DNA of 64,000 nucleotides from an uncultured Thermodesulfobacteriota bacterium (lineage in GTDB: Bacteria; Desulfobacterota; GWC2-55-46; JADFVP01), in assembly GCA_964472295.1 (NCBI GenBank), contig CAYYJQ010000004.1, positions 11,968 to 75,967 of the forward strand, given 5' to 3'. Every line of letters starts with the position of its first letter. Position 1 is the first letter of the stretch. Of this stretch, positions 20,601 through 30,933 are shown piece by piece. The notes under the pieces were generated by a model. It was given only the letters and a program-made list of their open reading frames with translations. It did not search any database and had not been told where the DNA came from. The position numbers and the translations under genes were made by a program.

Positions 20601-22394
20601 ATGAAAAAGATAATAAGGTCGCTTGGCATAGTCTTCGGCGACATCGGGACAAGCCCCATATATACCCTGACAGTTGTCTTCCTCTTTGCAAGGCCTACAG
20701 AGGCGAACGTCATAGGCGTTCTTTCGCTCATTGTCTGGACCCTTGTGACGCTTGTGACCGTGGAGTATGCCTGGCTCGCTACCACGCTCAGCAAACGCGG
20801 AGAAGGCGGGGCCGCGGTGCTTCGCGAGATACTCACACCATACCTCACATCAAGCCGTCAGCTCGGCATAGCCGCCATACTTACCTTTGTGGGAGTATCG
20901 CTCCTTGTGGGCGACGGTGTCATAACCCCGGCCATCAGTATCTTGAGCGCCGTGGAGGGCTCGCTCCTCATACCGGGCCTTGAGCACACGAGCCAGGACA
21001 TCCTTGTCCTCGTTGCCTGTGTCATAGCCATAGCCCTATTTTCCGTGCAGAGCAAGGGCACGGAGCGTGTTGCCGGGGCCTTTGGCCCTATAATGCTCCT
21101 CTGGTTCAGCGCCCTTGCCATCTCGGGTCTTATTTCCATAGTTACCTTTCCATCGGTCCTCAAGGCAGTAAACCCCTACTATGGCCTCAACTTCATGCTC
21201 CACCACGGCATAGCCGGCTTTTTCATCCTTTCAGAGGTAATTCTCTGCGCCACGGGGGGCGAGGCAATGTACGCCGACATGGGCCACCTTGGCCGCCTCC
21301 CAATAGTAAAGGCATGGAACTTTGTCTTCGTGGCCCTTCTCCTTAATTACTTCGGGCAGGGGGCCTTTCTCATCACCCATCCGGGCACAAAGAACGTCCT
21401 CTACAGCATGATATTCTCAGAAGCGAGTTTCCTTTACATACCCTTCCTAATTCTGAGCATATTCGCCACCATAATAGCCTCGCAGGCCATGATAAGCGGT
21501 CTCTTCTCCATTGTATACCAGGCCATAACCACGCGGATACTGCCTCTTTTCAAGGTCTCCTATACCTCGCCGTCCATGAGGAGCCAGATATACATAGGCT
21601 TTGTAAACTGGTTTCTCCTCATCTTTGTCCTTATAATAATCAACCACTTCAGGGAATCCTCGCATCTTGCCGCGGCATACGGCCTCGCGGTGACGGGCTC
21701 CATGAGCATAACAGGCGTAATGATGTGCTGGATATTCCATAAGAGGAAAAAACCCTTCAAGATGGCTGCCGCGGCCCTTGTCACCCTCCTTGACCTCATA
21801 TTCTTTGCCTCCAATACATTCAAGATACCCCACGGCGGCTACTGGTCCATACTCATAGCCATGATACCCCTTGGCATAATCCTCATATACACAAAGGGAC
21901 AGAGAAAACTCTACAAGTCCATGCGTCCCCTCAAACTTGAGACCTTTCTCCTGAGTTACAAGCAACTCTACGAGAAACTCCCCAAGATAAAGGGCTCGGG
22001 GCTCTTTTTCGCCAAGGACGAGAAGTTCATCGCCCCATACATCATACATACGATGTTCAAGAACAACATCATGTATGAGGACAACATCATCGTCTCCATT
22101 ACGCGCCTTGAAGAGCCCTTTGGTCTTAATTATTTTTTCAAGGAAGACCTTGCAAAGGGTCTCCGGGTCTTCGAGATACGTGTGGGATACATGGAAGTAC
22201 CCGATGTCGCCGGTATTCTCAAGACAGCGGGCATAAAGCCAAAGGTCATCTTCTACGGCCATGACGAGATAGCCTCGAACAATATCGTCTGGAAGATATT
22301 CTCTCTCATAAAAAAGGTTACTCCAACGTACATGCAGTTCTACAAACTCCCTCACAATAAACTTCACGGTGTAATCACAAGGGTGGATATGTAG
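20601..22394 (+). CDS. kup: KUP/HAK/KT potassium transporter
   Basis: LGIVFGDIGTSPIY, GDGVITPAISILSAVEG, GGEAMYADMGH, AAAYGLAV. Confidence 0.95.
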   Translation: MKKIIRSLGIVFGDIGTSPIYTLTVVFLFARPTEANVIGVLSLIVWTLVTLVTVEYAWLATTLSKRGEGGAAVLREILTPYLTSSRQLGIAAILTFVGVSLLVGDGVITPAISILSAVEGSLLIPGLEHTSQDILVLVACVIAIALFSVQSKGTERVAGAFGPIMLLWFSALAISGLISIVTFPSVLKAVNPYYGLNFMLHHGIAGFFILSEVILCATGGEAMYADMGHLGRLPIVKAWNFVFVALLLNYFGQGAFLITHPGTKNVLYSMIFSEASFLYIPFLILSIFATIIASQAMISGLFSIVYQAITTRILPLFKVSYTSPSMRSQIYIGFVNWFLLIFVLIIINHFRESSHLAAAYGLAVTGSMSITGVMMCWIFHKRKKPFKMAAAALVTLLDLIFFASNTFKIPHGGYWSILIAMIPLGIILIYTKGQRKLYKSMRPLKLETFLLSYKQLYEKLPKIKGSGLFFAKDEKFIAPYIIHTMFKNNIMYEDNIIVSITRLEEPFGLNYFFKEDLAKGLRVFEIRVGYMEVPDVAGILKTAGIKPKVIFYGHDEIASNNIVWKIFSLIKKVTPTYMQFYKLPHNKLHGVITRVDM

Positions 22395-22435
22395 GCCCGG
22401 CCCGCTCGTGCGCCCCTCTTTCACCTTTCTCTCCA

Positions 22436-24880
22436 ATGGGAATCAATATACAGAACATATGGGCTATGAAAGAGGCCCTGAGTAAGGCCGTAGCCTCTGC
22501 CTCAAGAGACGGCGCTGTCCTTGCCGGTGGAGAAGTCAGCGGACTGATTGACAAGGCCCTTGGCATGGGGCCAGCGGGAGAGATTTCGACGATACTTCGC
22601 CAATTGCACGCCATCTTCGCGGGGTTTGACGGCTTTTCTCCTGACGAAAAGAAAGGTGCCTTGGCAAGTGCGCTCGCGCTCCTTGGTCCTCCCATGGAAA
22701 GGGCCATAATCCACGAGGCCGAAGGCAACATGAAGAAGCTCGGCGAACCTCTAAGCACTCTCAGTGGCATAGGCCCGCGGACCCTTGAGAGGCTCAATAA
22801 AAAGGGCCTCAAGACCATACAGGACCTCCTCTTTTTCCTCCCCATCAGATACGAGGACAGAAGAAGAGTCACGAAGATAAGAGACCTTCAGGGTGGCGGC
22901 GGTGCGCAGGTAAGGGGCAAGATAGCCGTTGCCGGAGAGGCCCGTTACGGCAGGAAGAGGCTCTTCGAGGCAGTGCTTGACGACGGCACCGGGCTTATTC
23001 GCCTCAAGTGGTTTCGTTACAGGCTCTCGTACATGAAGAGGTTCACGCCGGGCCAGGAGGTCCTTGTCCACGGCAATGCCGAGAGGACAAGATACGGCGG
23101 AATCCTTCAGATGATACACCCGGAGGTGAATTTTTTAAGAGAGGGCATGGGGCCAGAGCAAGAGGGCAAGGGCATACTGGCCGTCTATTCCGAGGTAGAA
23201 GGTCTCCACCAGAAGACGCTTCAAAGGATTATCGGCAGAGCCGTGCGCCAGTACGCCGCGCTTGCCTTGGGGTGCGTTCCGCCGGAGGCGCTTTCGCGAA
23301 TCGGGCTTAAAGACCTGCCATCTGCCCTCATGGAGGCTCATTTTCCAGAGGCCCTCCCTGCTCAGGATAGGCCCTCAAAGAGAAGAGGGGCCAATGCACA
23401 TGGGCTGGCACTTCGGAGCCTTGCCTTTGACGAGTTGTTCCTCCTTGAGACGGCCATGCTCCTCAAGCGAGGGGCGCAAAAAAAGAGGCGCGGCCTTTGC
23501 TCATATCATGGAGTGGACAGGGGGGATTCCCTTGAGTCGCGGCTCCGTTCTCTTCTGCCCTTCAGGCTTACAGGGGCGCAGGAGAGGGCGCTATGCGAGA
23601 TAAAGGCCGATATGAGGCGCACAAGTTCCATGAACCGCCTTCTCGAGGGCGACGTGGGCTCAGGGAAGACACTTGTCTGTCTCCTTTCCGCCCTCCTTGC
23701 CGTGGACTCGGGTCATCAGGCGGCTATCATGGCCCCAACAGGCGTACTTGCCGGTCAACACTACGTCACAATCAGCGCATATGCCCGGAAACTCGGCATC
23801 AAAGCCTGCCTCCTTACAGGCGGCCTGCCTCTTCGCGAACGTAAAAATAGGCTTGAGGCCATAGACGAGGGCAGGGTGGACCTTGTTGTTGGAACGCACG
23901 CCCTCATACAGGAAGACGTAAGTTTCAGGGACCTGGCCCTCGTGGTGGTTGACGAGCAACACCGTTTCGGTGTCTTTCAGAGGGCGAGCCTCATCTCAAA
24001 GGGCATGGGTCTCGAGGGCGGCGCGAGTCCTGTGCCCGATGTCCTCATAATGACGGCTACTCCTATTCCTCGGACCCTCTCCATGACCCTCTTTGGCGAC
24101 CTCGATGTCTCGGTGCTCGATGAACTCCCCCCTGGAAGGCAGGCAGTCAAGACGCTTGTTCTGCGGGAAAAGGAGAGAAAGAGGGCCTATGAGCATATAA
24201 GGCGCGAGGTAAGGAGCGGTGGTCAGGCCTATATCGTCTATCCCCTTGTAGAGGAATCAGAGGAACTGGACCTGAGGGACGCGACTAACGAGAAGGCTCG
24301 ACTTGAAAAAGAGGTCTTTCCAGGCCTTTGCCTTGGTCTTCTGCATGGGAGGATGAAGGGCGATGAGAAGGACGAGGTTATGAGGCGCTTCAAGGATAGG
24401 GAGATAGATGTCCTTGTCGCCACCACGGTCATAGAGGTCGGCCTTGACGTGCCGAACGCCGCGGTCATGTGCATAGAGCACGCCGAGAGGTTCGGACTCT
24501 CACAACTCCATCAACTACGCGGAAGGGTGGGCAGGGGAGAGAGGAGTTCGTACTGTTTTCTCATGACAGAAAACTTTGTGTCGAAGGACGCCTTCAGGAG
24601 GCTTCGAGTAATGGAGAGGAACGCCGACGGCTTCATGATAGCCGAAGAGGACTTGAAGATTCGGGGTCCCGGCGATTACCTCGGGCAGAGACAGTCCGGG
24701 TTTACGGACCTGCGCTTTGCATGGTCCCTCATGGACCATGGGCTCGTAAGGGCTGTAAGGGCAGAGTCCGAAACTTTTTTAAAAGAAAATCAAGACCTTG
24801 GGGAGGGGATAGGCCCCTTGATAAAAGAGGTTATGAAAACAAGATGGAAGAATGGACTTGAACTTGCCTCTGTTGGCTGA
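22436..24880 (+). CDS. recG: ATP-dependent DNA helicase RecG with long N-terminal extension
   Basis: OB wedge, LLEGDVGSGKT, VVDEQHRFG, MTATPIPRTL, FGLSQLHQLRGRVGR, RGPG. Exact start uncertain (22436 or 22466). Confidence 0.95.
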   Translation: MGINIQNIWAMKEALSKAVASASRDGAVLAGGEVSGLIDKALGMGPAGEISTILRQLHAIFAGFDGFSPDEKKGALASALALLGPPMERAIIHEAEGNMKKLGEPLSTLSGIGPRTLERLNKKGLKTIQDLLFFLPIRYEDRRRVTKIRDLQGGGGAQVRGKIAVAGEARYGRKRLFEAVLDDGTGLIRLKWFRYRLSYMKRFTPGQEVLVHGNAERTRYGGILQMIHPEVNFLREGMGPEQEGKGILAVYSEVEGLHQKTLQRIIGRAVRQYAALALGCVPPEALSRIGLKDLPSALMEAHFPEALPAQDRPSKRRGANAHGLALRSLAFDELFLLETAMLLKRGAQKKRRGLCSYHGVDRGDSLESRLRSLLPFRLTGAQERALCEIKADMRRTSSMNRLLEGDVGSGKTLVCLLSALLAVDSGHQAAIMAPTGVLAGQHYVTISAYARKLGIKACLLTGGLPLRERKNRLEAIDEGRVDLVVGTHALIQEDVSFRDLALVVVDEQHRFGVFQRASLISKGMGLEGGASPVPDVLIMTATPIPRTLSMTLFGDLDVSVLDELPPGRQAVKTLVLREKERKRAYEHIRREVRSGGQAYIVYPLVEESEELDLRDATNEKARLEKEVFPGLCLGLLHGRMKGDEKDEVMRRFKDREIDVLVATTVIEVGLDVPNAAVMCIEHAERFGLSQLHQLRGRVGRGERSSYCFLMTENFVSKDAFRRLRVMERNADGFMIAEEDLKIRGPGDYLGQRQSGFTDLRFAWSLMDHGLVRAVRAESETFLKENQDLGEGIGPLIKEVMKTRWKNGLELASVG

Positions 24881-24978
24881 GAAGAAAAAAACAGGTTTAA
24901 TTAGTCCCTCAAATAGGGTATATTGTCTGAAACAATTTTTATCGTTTCTTTTTGTTCCTGCCATGCTAGGCAGTCTTT

Positions 24979-25010
24979 CCAGCGGCTAGAGGCCGCTGGT
25001 ATTGGTTTTC
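24979..25010 (-). repeat. Isolated C module plus tail of the mosaic repeat
   Basis: Reverse complement GAAAACCAATA-CCAGCGGC-CTCTA-GCCGCTGG. Confidence 0.7.
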
Positions 25011-25161
25011 CTTGACGTAGTTTTCATGCGGTCAGGCCCTATTTGTCTTGTTTCGTGGGGACCGTGGGGCTCTGGAGAGTGCGGTGCGATTAAAAAACTT
25101 TTTTTAAAAAGAAAGCCAGGAATACGGTAAAAAATAAAGGAGAGAGAGGTATACTCAGGTT

Positions 25162-26514
25162 ATGGCCGAGATAAAACCCTTCAGGGCGGCAGTATTCAAC
25201 AAGGAAAAGACAGGGGATTTAAATGACGTAATGGCCCCGCCATATGACGTAATCTCACCGGCCTTTCAGGAAGAACTTTACGCCCGTCATCCGAATAACA
25301 TTGTAAGGCTTATCCTCGCCAAAGATAGTAATAGCGGCGGAGCCCCGGCTGATAAATACGCGGCCTCTTCCGAGGCCCTGAGGGAGTGGATGGCCTCGGG
25401 AGTCTTGAAGAGGGATGAAAAACCCTCGATTTACTATTATATTCAGAGGTTTTCACAGCCCGATGGCTCCATCACAACGAGAAAGGGCTTTATGGCGCTC
25501 TCAAGGATAGAGGACTTTGGCGCTGGCAGGATACACGCCCACGAGAGGACGCTCTCAGGCCCCAAGGCAGACCGCCTGAGGCTAATCGAGGCCTGCAGGG
25601 CTAACTTCAGTTGCATCTTTACCCTTTACTCCGAACCAAGACTAACGCTCAATAAACTCTTTGATTCAGTCACCACGGACAGGACGCCTGATATAAACGT
25701 CCTTGACGAAGACGGCGTTGAGAACCTTGTATACCGAATATCAGACCCTTCGGTCATTGAGAGAGTAAGGTCTGCCATGGCCGATAAGACCCTCTTTATA
25801 GCCGATGGGCACCACCGGTATGAGACATCCATGAATTACAGAAACCTCATGCGCGAGAGGAACCCCAATGCCAGGGGCGATCAGCCCTATGACTTTGTGA
25901 TGATGTATTTCTCCAATATGGACGACGAGGGCATGACTGTCTGGCCAACGCACAGGGTTATACACAGTCTCAATGGGTTTTCTTCTGAAGAGTTCATGAA
26001 TGAACTTAAAAAATACTTTAAGGTCAATAGGTTCGAGTATAACGCTAATACGAAAGATAGGGTCTTGAATGACCTCGTGGCCTCAATGGAGCGTGCAGGA
26101 AAATCGGCCAACTGCTTTGGGATGCACATCAAGGGAGAGGACGCCTGCTACCTCCTTACCTATCCCGGAGGACACAGCCTTGACGGCCTCTTTGACGACT
26201 CCATACCCGCTGTGTACAGAAACCTCGACGTTACCGTGCTTCATGAACTCATACTCTCGAAGATACTCGGCATATCACGGGGCGCTCAGGAAAGGCAGGA
26301 GAACATCATATACGTGAAAAACTACGGCGACGCCTTTGCCTCCATGGACGACCCTCGTAACGAGATAGTCTTTCTCCTGAACCCCACGAAGGTCTCTGAC
26401 GTAAAGGCCGTTGCCGAGGCGGGCTGCAAGATGCCGCAAAAATCCACGTACTTCTACCCAAAACTCCTTACAGGCCTTGTAATCAACGTCCATGACAAGG
26501 ACTGGGACTGCTGA
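25162..26514 (+). CDS. DUF1015 family protein
   Basis: IKPFRA, APPYDVI, IHAHERT, LFIADGHHRYET, MPQKSTYFYPKLLTGL. Confidence 0.88.
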   Translation: MAEIKPFRAAVFNKEKTGDLNDVMAPPYDVISPAFQEELYARHPNNIVRLILAKDSNSGGAPADKYAASSEALREWMASGVLKRDEKPSIYYYIQRFSQPDGSITTRKGFMALSRIEDFGAGRIHAHERTLSGPKADRLRLIEACRANFSCIFTLYSEPRLTLNKLFDSVTTDRTPDINVLDEDGVENLVYRISDPSVIERVRSAMADKTLFIADGHHRYETSMNYRNLMRERNPNARGDQPYDFVMMYFSNMDDEGMTVWPTHRVIHSLNGFSSEEFMNELKKYFKVNRFEYNANTKDRVLNDLVASMERAGKSANCFGMHIKGEDACYLLTYPGGHSLDGLFDDSIPAVYRNLDVTVLHELILSKILGISRGAQERQENIIYVKNYGDAFASMDDPRNEIVFLLNPTKVSDVKAVAEAGCKMPQKSTYFYPKLLTGLVINVHDKDWDC

Positions 26515-26555
26515 AGGCTCCTTAACGGCCAGAATGTGAGGGGCGCCCTCGTCTT

Positions 26556-27167
26556 ATGGAAAAATTAGGGCCCTATTCCTATGAGCCTGCCGCGGGGGAC
26601 GGGATTACCTCCGATACCCTGCTCCTTGCGGAGTTTGTGCCCCTGCTCTCTCCCACTGATATTCTCCTCGATATTGGCGCCGGCTCAGGCGCGCTCCCCC
26701 TTCTCCTTGCCGCCAAGAATTTAAAGACCACAATAACAGGCGTTGAAATCCAGGCCATTCGCGCAGAGGCGGCAAGAAAAAACATCGAAAGAAACAACCT
26801 TGGCGCAAGGATTACTATCAATCACATGGACTATAGAGACCTGCCTCGAAGATTATCTCCTGAAAGTTTTACCCATGTCATCACCAACCCGCCCTATATC
26901 AAAAAAGGCAGGGGCAGGCCAAGCCCTGAAAGAGACAGGCAGATAGCGCGACACGAGGTCATGGGCACCATTAAAGACCTTCTCAGTGCCGCCTCTATCA
27001 TGCTTGCACCCGGAGGAAAATTCTACATTGTATTTACCGCCGAGAGGCTCCCGGAACTCAGGACTGAACTAAAAAACAAGGGCCTTCTTATAAAACGTGA
27101 GAAACTTGTAAGCACGAAAAATAACGCGCCCCCGCGCCGAGTCCTCCTTGAGGCCGAAAAAAAATAG
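26556..27167 (+). CDS. SAM-dependent methyltransferase, tRNA1(Val) A37 N6-MTase-like
   Basis: DTLLLAEF, LDIGAGSG motif I, TNPPY N6-adenine motif. Confidence 0.8.
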   Translation: MEKLGPYSYEPAAGDGITSDTLLLAEFVPLLSPTDILLDIGAGSGALPLLLAAKNLKTTITGVEIQAIRAEAARKNIERNNLGARITINHMDYRDLPRRLSPESFTHVITNPPYIKKGRGRPSPERDRQIARHEVMGTIKDLLSAASIMLAPGGKFYIVFTAERLPELRTELKNKGLLIKREKLVSTKNNAPPRRVLLEAEKK

Positions 27168-27182
27168 AGATAAAAGAGTAGG

Positions 27183-27404
27183 GTAGGGTGGGCACTGCCC
27201 ACCAGAAGATAAACTGGAAAAAAGAAGAAGTAGAAGAATAAAGAAGAAAAGAGGGGTGGGCGGGCCTCGCCCGCCAAAAGAGTAAAAAGAAAAGGGGAGG
27301 ATTGGGCGGGCTTCGCCCGCCAAAAGATAAAGAGATTTCCTTACTTTCTTTTAAAAAAGAAAGTAAGATAAAGAAAATTAATACCAATGGCCTTCGGCCA
27401 TTGG
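27183..27404 (+). repeat. REP1, A hairpin and complete A-B-C composite between convergent genes
   Basis: REP1 27183-27203; A hairpins 27259-27275 and 27305-27321; B 27340-27367; C 27384-27404. Confidence 0.88.
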
Positions 27405-27491
27405 ACAGGTAGATACCGTCTTGTCTGTCAAGCACAAAGGCTGGGCACTGCCAGCCATAGGGCAAGAAAACAGGCAGGTCGCGGCAATACC

Positions 27492-27977
27492 CTAAAAAGG
27501 ATACTTCTTCATCACCCGCTTTACAAGGCCCCGGAGCGATTCGTCGCCTATCTTCGAGGCCGTCTCCTCTATGAAGTCATCTCCAAGGGGGTTTTTCCGG
27601 GTAATTGGCTCGCGGCGGGCTTCGGAGCGGCGGGTTATCTCGCCGGGCTTCCAGACTATTCTGCTAACGGCCTTTTTTCCGAGAGAAGAGTTTATCTTCT
27701 CCATTATAAGAGATTTCTGGTAATTGAGTTCCGTCATCCACGCAGATGAGTTCACAACGCAGTAAAGGGTGTCTTTAATCAGCCTCGTGGGCTCTGTCCT
27801 TGCGGAGATGGCCTTGCCTACCATCTGGGGCCAGTCGCGTTTAACCCTGTACTCAGTGAGCCGGGGACCAAGGGCTATGTTTGGTAAAGCGCCAGATAAG
27901 ACCGAACCAGCATGCGAAGGCCTCTTTAAACCCCTCGTGACAGCGCCGTATCTCTTATAATGTTTAGTTCTCTTCAT
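27492..27977 (-). CDS. dciA: DUF721 / DciA helicase loader
   Basis: W..MVG..IS.RT.P, L.C.V.SSAW..EL.Y.K..I..KIN pattern. ATG 27977 preferred over the ORF-track start. Confidence 0.8.
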   Translation of the reverse strand: MKRTKHYKRYGAVTRGLKRPSHAGSVLSGALPNIALGPRLTEYRVKRDWPQMVGKAISARTEPTRLIKDTLYCVVNSSAWMTELNYQKSLIMEKINSSLGKKAVSRIVWKPGEITRRSEARREPITRKNPLGDDFIEETASKIGDESLRGLVKRVMKKYPF

Positions 27978-28236
27978 GACGGCACTTGAGTCTGTCAATA
28001 CGTGCCCCCAGGACCTGCCCGGCCACGGAGGCAACGAGCATGATAGGGACTATCTTCATGCTGAAACCGGCAAGGAGCCTGAAAATTACGACAAATGGTA
28101 TGGGTAGGTGTATATACAGAAACCATTTGAATGAGAATTTTCTCGTCTTTCCCCTCCAATACCCAAATGGCAGATTCAGGACAAAGGCGAAGGCTATCAT
28201 GATGAGAAGGAGAGCTATGGTGTAATTTCCGTTCAT
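27964..28236 (-). CDS. Small conserved-looking membrane protein
   Basis: Three hydrophobic segments, NLPFGYWR..KFS..WF..IH.P; overlaps the dciA start. Confidence 0.7.
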   Translation of the reverse strand: MNGNYTIALLLIMIAFAFVLNLPFGYWRGKTRKFSFKWFLYIHLPIPFVVIFRLLAGFSMKIVPIMLVASVAGQVLGARIDRLKCRHEEN

Positions 28237-28366
28237 ATATTACAGGGTAACAGGAAAAACTCTCCCCTGTCAATGCACAAGATTGATGTAAAATTCACAT
28301 GGACTTAAATTGGCACTGAATTGGCACTGAATATACCCTGCCATAACGAAAAAACTTACAAAGGCC

Positions 28367-28396
28367 TTGACATTACTCGACTTTCTCATATATGAT
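28367..28396 (+). promoter_or_regulatory. Sigma70-type promoter for the ffh block
   Basis: TTGACA-N18-TATGAT about 45 nt upstream of ffh. Confidence 0.6.
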
Positions 28397-28441
28397 ATAA
28401 AATTAAAATATTCTTAACAGCAACTTAAATTACAAAACACC

Positions 28442-29776
28442 ATGCTCGATTCTCTTACAGACAAATTCGGCAAGGTCCTTCGCGACATAAGGGGCAAGGG
28501 GACCCTCAGTGACACCAATATCACCGAGGCCCTGAAAGACGTCCGCATTGCCCTCCTTGAGGCTGATGTAAACTTCAAGGTTGTAAAGGACTTTATCGCC
28601 TCCATCAAGGAAAAGGCCCTTGGAAAGGAGGTTCTTGAGAGCCTTACTCCGGGCCAGCAGTTTACCAAGGTAGTTCACGACGAACTCACGGCCATCCTCG
28701 GCGGAGAAGACTCGGCCCTTGAATTAAAGGGTAGGCCCGCCGTCATTATGCTCTGCGGCCTCCAGGGCTCTGGTAAGACCACCACAGCCGCCAAACTCGC
28801 CTATGCCCTTAAAAAACAGGGTAGGTCCCCCTATCTCGTCCCGGCGGACCTCTTTCGCCTTGCCGCCGTGCACCAGCTCAAGACACTGGCCTCGTCCATC
28901 AAGGTTGACTGCTTTGACAGCACTGATTACTCTACCCCTGCCGATGTCTGTAAAGAGGCCCTGAGGATTGCCGGCCTCAAGGGGTATAATACCCTTATAG
29001 TCGACACCGCCGGAAGGCTCCACATCGATGAGACTCTCATGGATGAACTCCAGGGCCTTAAAGACATACTCTCTCCCTCGGAGATTCTCTTTGTCGCTGA
29101 CTCCATGACAGGTCAGGACGCCGTGAACACGGCAAAGGGCTTTGACTCTTCCCTTGATGTTACGGGCGTGATACTCACCAAGTTCGACGGAGACGCCCGA
29201 GGCGGCGCGGCCCTCTCCATGCGCATGATTACCGGTAAGCCCATCAAGTTCATAGGCACGGGCGAGAAGGTCGAGTGCCTTGAGGTCTTTCACCCCTCGC
29301 GTGTGGCCGGGCGCATACTTGACCTTGGCGATGTCCTTACACTTGTTGAGAAGGCCCAGTCCACAATGGACGAAAAAAAGGCCATTGAACTCAACCAGAA
29401 GATTAGAAAAGACGCCTTTACCCTCGATGACTTCAAGGACCAGTTGAAACGCATAAAAAAAATGGGCTCCCTCGAGAGTATCCTCGGGATGATACCTGGC
29501 TTTGGCGCCATTAAGAAGGCCAAGAACATCAACTTCGACGAGTCCGAGATTACGAGGATAGAGGCCATCATAAACTCCATGACCAGGGAAGAACGCCAGA
29601 ACCCGGCCTGCCTCAACGCCTCGCGGCGTAAACGCATAGCCCGGGGGAGCGGAACCTCGGTTCAGGATATAAACAAGTTCATGAAGCAGTACCAGCAGAT
29701 GCGCAAGATGATGAAAAAGGTGAAGAAGTCCGGCGCCGCCGGGCTCAAGGGAATGCTGCAGAACATGAGGATGTAG
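28442..29776 (+). CDS. ffh: Signal recognition particle protein
   Basis: [25 protein letters not shown] domain. Confidence 0.98.
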   Translation: MLDSLTDKFGKVLRDIRGKGTLSDTNITEALKDVRIALLEADVNFKVVKDFIASIKEKALGKEVLESLTPGQQFTKVVHDELTAILGGEDSALELKGRPAVIMLCGLQGSGKTTTAAKLAYALKKQGRSPYLVPADLFRLAAVHQLKTLASSIKVDCFDSTDYSTPADVCKEALRIAGLKGYNTLIVDTAGRLHIDETLMDELQGLKDILSPSEILFVADSMTGQDAVNTAKGFDSSLDVTGVILTKFDGDARGGAALSMRMITGKPIKFIGTGEKVECLEVFHPSRVAGRILDLGDVLTLVEKAQSTMDEKKAIELNQKIRKDAFTLDDFKDQLKRIKKMGSLESILGMIPGFGAIKKAKNINFDESEITRIEAIINSMTREERQNPACLNASRRKRIARGSGTSVQDINKFMKQYQQMRKMMKKVKKSGAAGLKGMLQNMRM

Positions 29777-29824
29777 CATTACACGAGACCACTTCAATGC
29801 AATAAATAGGAGGTAGAATTTTAA

Positions 29825-30082
29825 ATGTCAGTAAAGATAAGGCTAACAAGACACGGCTCCAAGAAGCAGCCATACTACAGGATCGTGGTAGCGGCCTCGG
29901 ATTCGCCAAGGGACGGCAGGTTTATTGAGATTGTGGGTCATTACAACCCCAATACCGACCCCGCGTCCATTGACTTCAAGTCCGAGAGGCTCCGCCACTG
30001 GCTGGAAAAGGGCGCCACGCCCACGACTACAGTAAGTCAGCTCATCAAGAAGTCCGGCGCGCTAAAGGAAGAGGCCGCCTAA
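29825..30082 (+). CDS. rpsP: 30S ribosomal protein S16
   Basis: MSVKIRLTRHGSKKQPYYRIVVA..SPRDGRFIE. Confidence 0.98.
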   Translation: MSVKIRLTRHGSKKQPYYRIVVAASDSPRDGRFIEIVGHYNPNTDPASIDFKSERLRHWLEKGATPTTTVSQLIKKSGALKEEAA

Positions 30083-30105
30083 TCCGCCTCTTCTTACGGC
30101 ACGGC

Positions 30106-30122
30106 CCCGGGCACTGCCCGGG
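30106..30122. repeat. Isolated REP1-core hairpin
   Basis: CCCGGGC-ACT-GCCCGGG between rpsP and khpA. Confidence 0.6.
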
Positions 30123-30151
30123 TTTTACCTCATACGCGAGGGGGTTAGGTT

Positions 30152-30382
30152 ATGAAGACACTTGTAGAGCAGATCGCTAAAGCGCTTGTTGATAACCCCG
30201 ACGAGGTGCGTGTGGCGGAGATAGAGGGCGAGAAGATCTCTGGCGTGGAACTCTCCGTCGCAAAGGAAGACCTTGGCAAGGTAATAGGTAAACAGGGCCG
30301 CACGGCCAAGGCCATGAGGACCATACTTACCGCCGCCTCCACAAAGTTGAACAAACGTTGCGTACTTGAGATACTTGAGTAA
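30152..30382 (+). CDS. khpA: KH-domain RNA-binding protein
   Basis: [26 protein letters not shown]; canonical rpsP-khpA-rimM order. Confidence 0.93.
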   Translation: MKTLVEQIAKALVDNPDEVRVAEIEGEKISGVELSVAKEDLGKVIGKQGRTAKAMRTILTAASTKLNKRCVLEILE

Positions 30383-30902
30383 GTCCCCTACGGAAAAGAT
30401 GGTCGCCATAGGGAGGTTCGGAAGCCCTCATGGGGTGAGGGGAGAGATAAAGTTCAGGCCCTACGAGGGTGTCGAGGACTTTATCTGGGACGAGGTCTTT
30501 GTCAATGTGAAAGAGGGCCTCAGGCGCCTTGAGGTAACAGGGGTCAGGGAACATACACGGGTCTTTCTTCTTACCCTCAAAGGATTTAACGAGCGCGAGG
30601 AATCGGCCCCCCTTGCTGGAAGAGAAGTCTCTGTGCCGGAGAGTTCCATACCACCCCTTCCAGAGGGTGAGTATTATTATAAAGACCTTGCCGGTCTTGT
30701 TGTCCGCTCTGATGACGGGCGTGACCTTGGACGTGTAAAGAGGGTTTTCTCGGCAGGCAGTGGCAACGATGTCTTTGAAATATGGGGTGAATACGGCGAG
30801 ATACTTGTGCCCCGCACGAAAGATACCGTGAAGGAGATAAACATAGAGGAGGGTTTCATGGTTGTCCACCTCCTTGAAGGTATGCTTGAAGAGCCTGAAT
30901 AG
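30375..30902 (+). CDS. rimM: 16S rRNA processing protein RimM
   Basis: [31 protein letters not shown]. Start uncertain (TTG 30375 or ATG 30399). Confidence 0.93.
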   Translation: MSKSPTEKMVAIGRFGSPHGVRGEIKFRPYEGVEDFIWDEVFVNVKEGLRRLEVTGVREHTRVFLLTLKGFNEREESAPLAGREVSVPESSIPPLPEGEYYYKDLAGLVVRSDDGRDLGRVKRVFSAGSGNDVFEIWGEYGEILVPRTKDTVKEINIEEGFMVVHLLEGMLEEPE

Positions 30903-30933
30903 CCCTTCACCGAGTTATTCAGGCCAGGCTGAG

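Noticed and set aside
21447-22436. 329-aa antisense ORF over kup
   Set aside because: Typical stop-poor reverse frame of a real gene; no motifs or RBS.
27183-27404. CRISPR-like look of hairpins separated by unique spacers
   Set aside because: Repeats differ in length and sequence, spacers are low-complexity purine tracts of uneven size, the same units are dispersed across the window, and there are no cas genes.
28724-29797. 357-aa antisense ORF over ffh
   Set aside because: Shadow ORF of a highly conserved gene.
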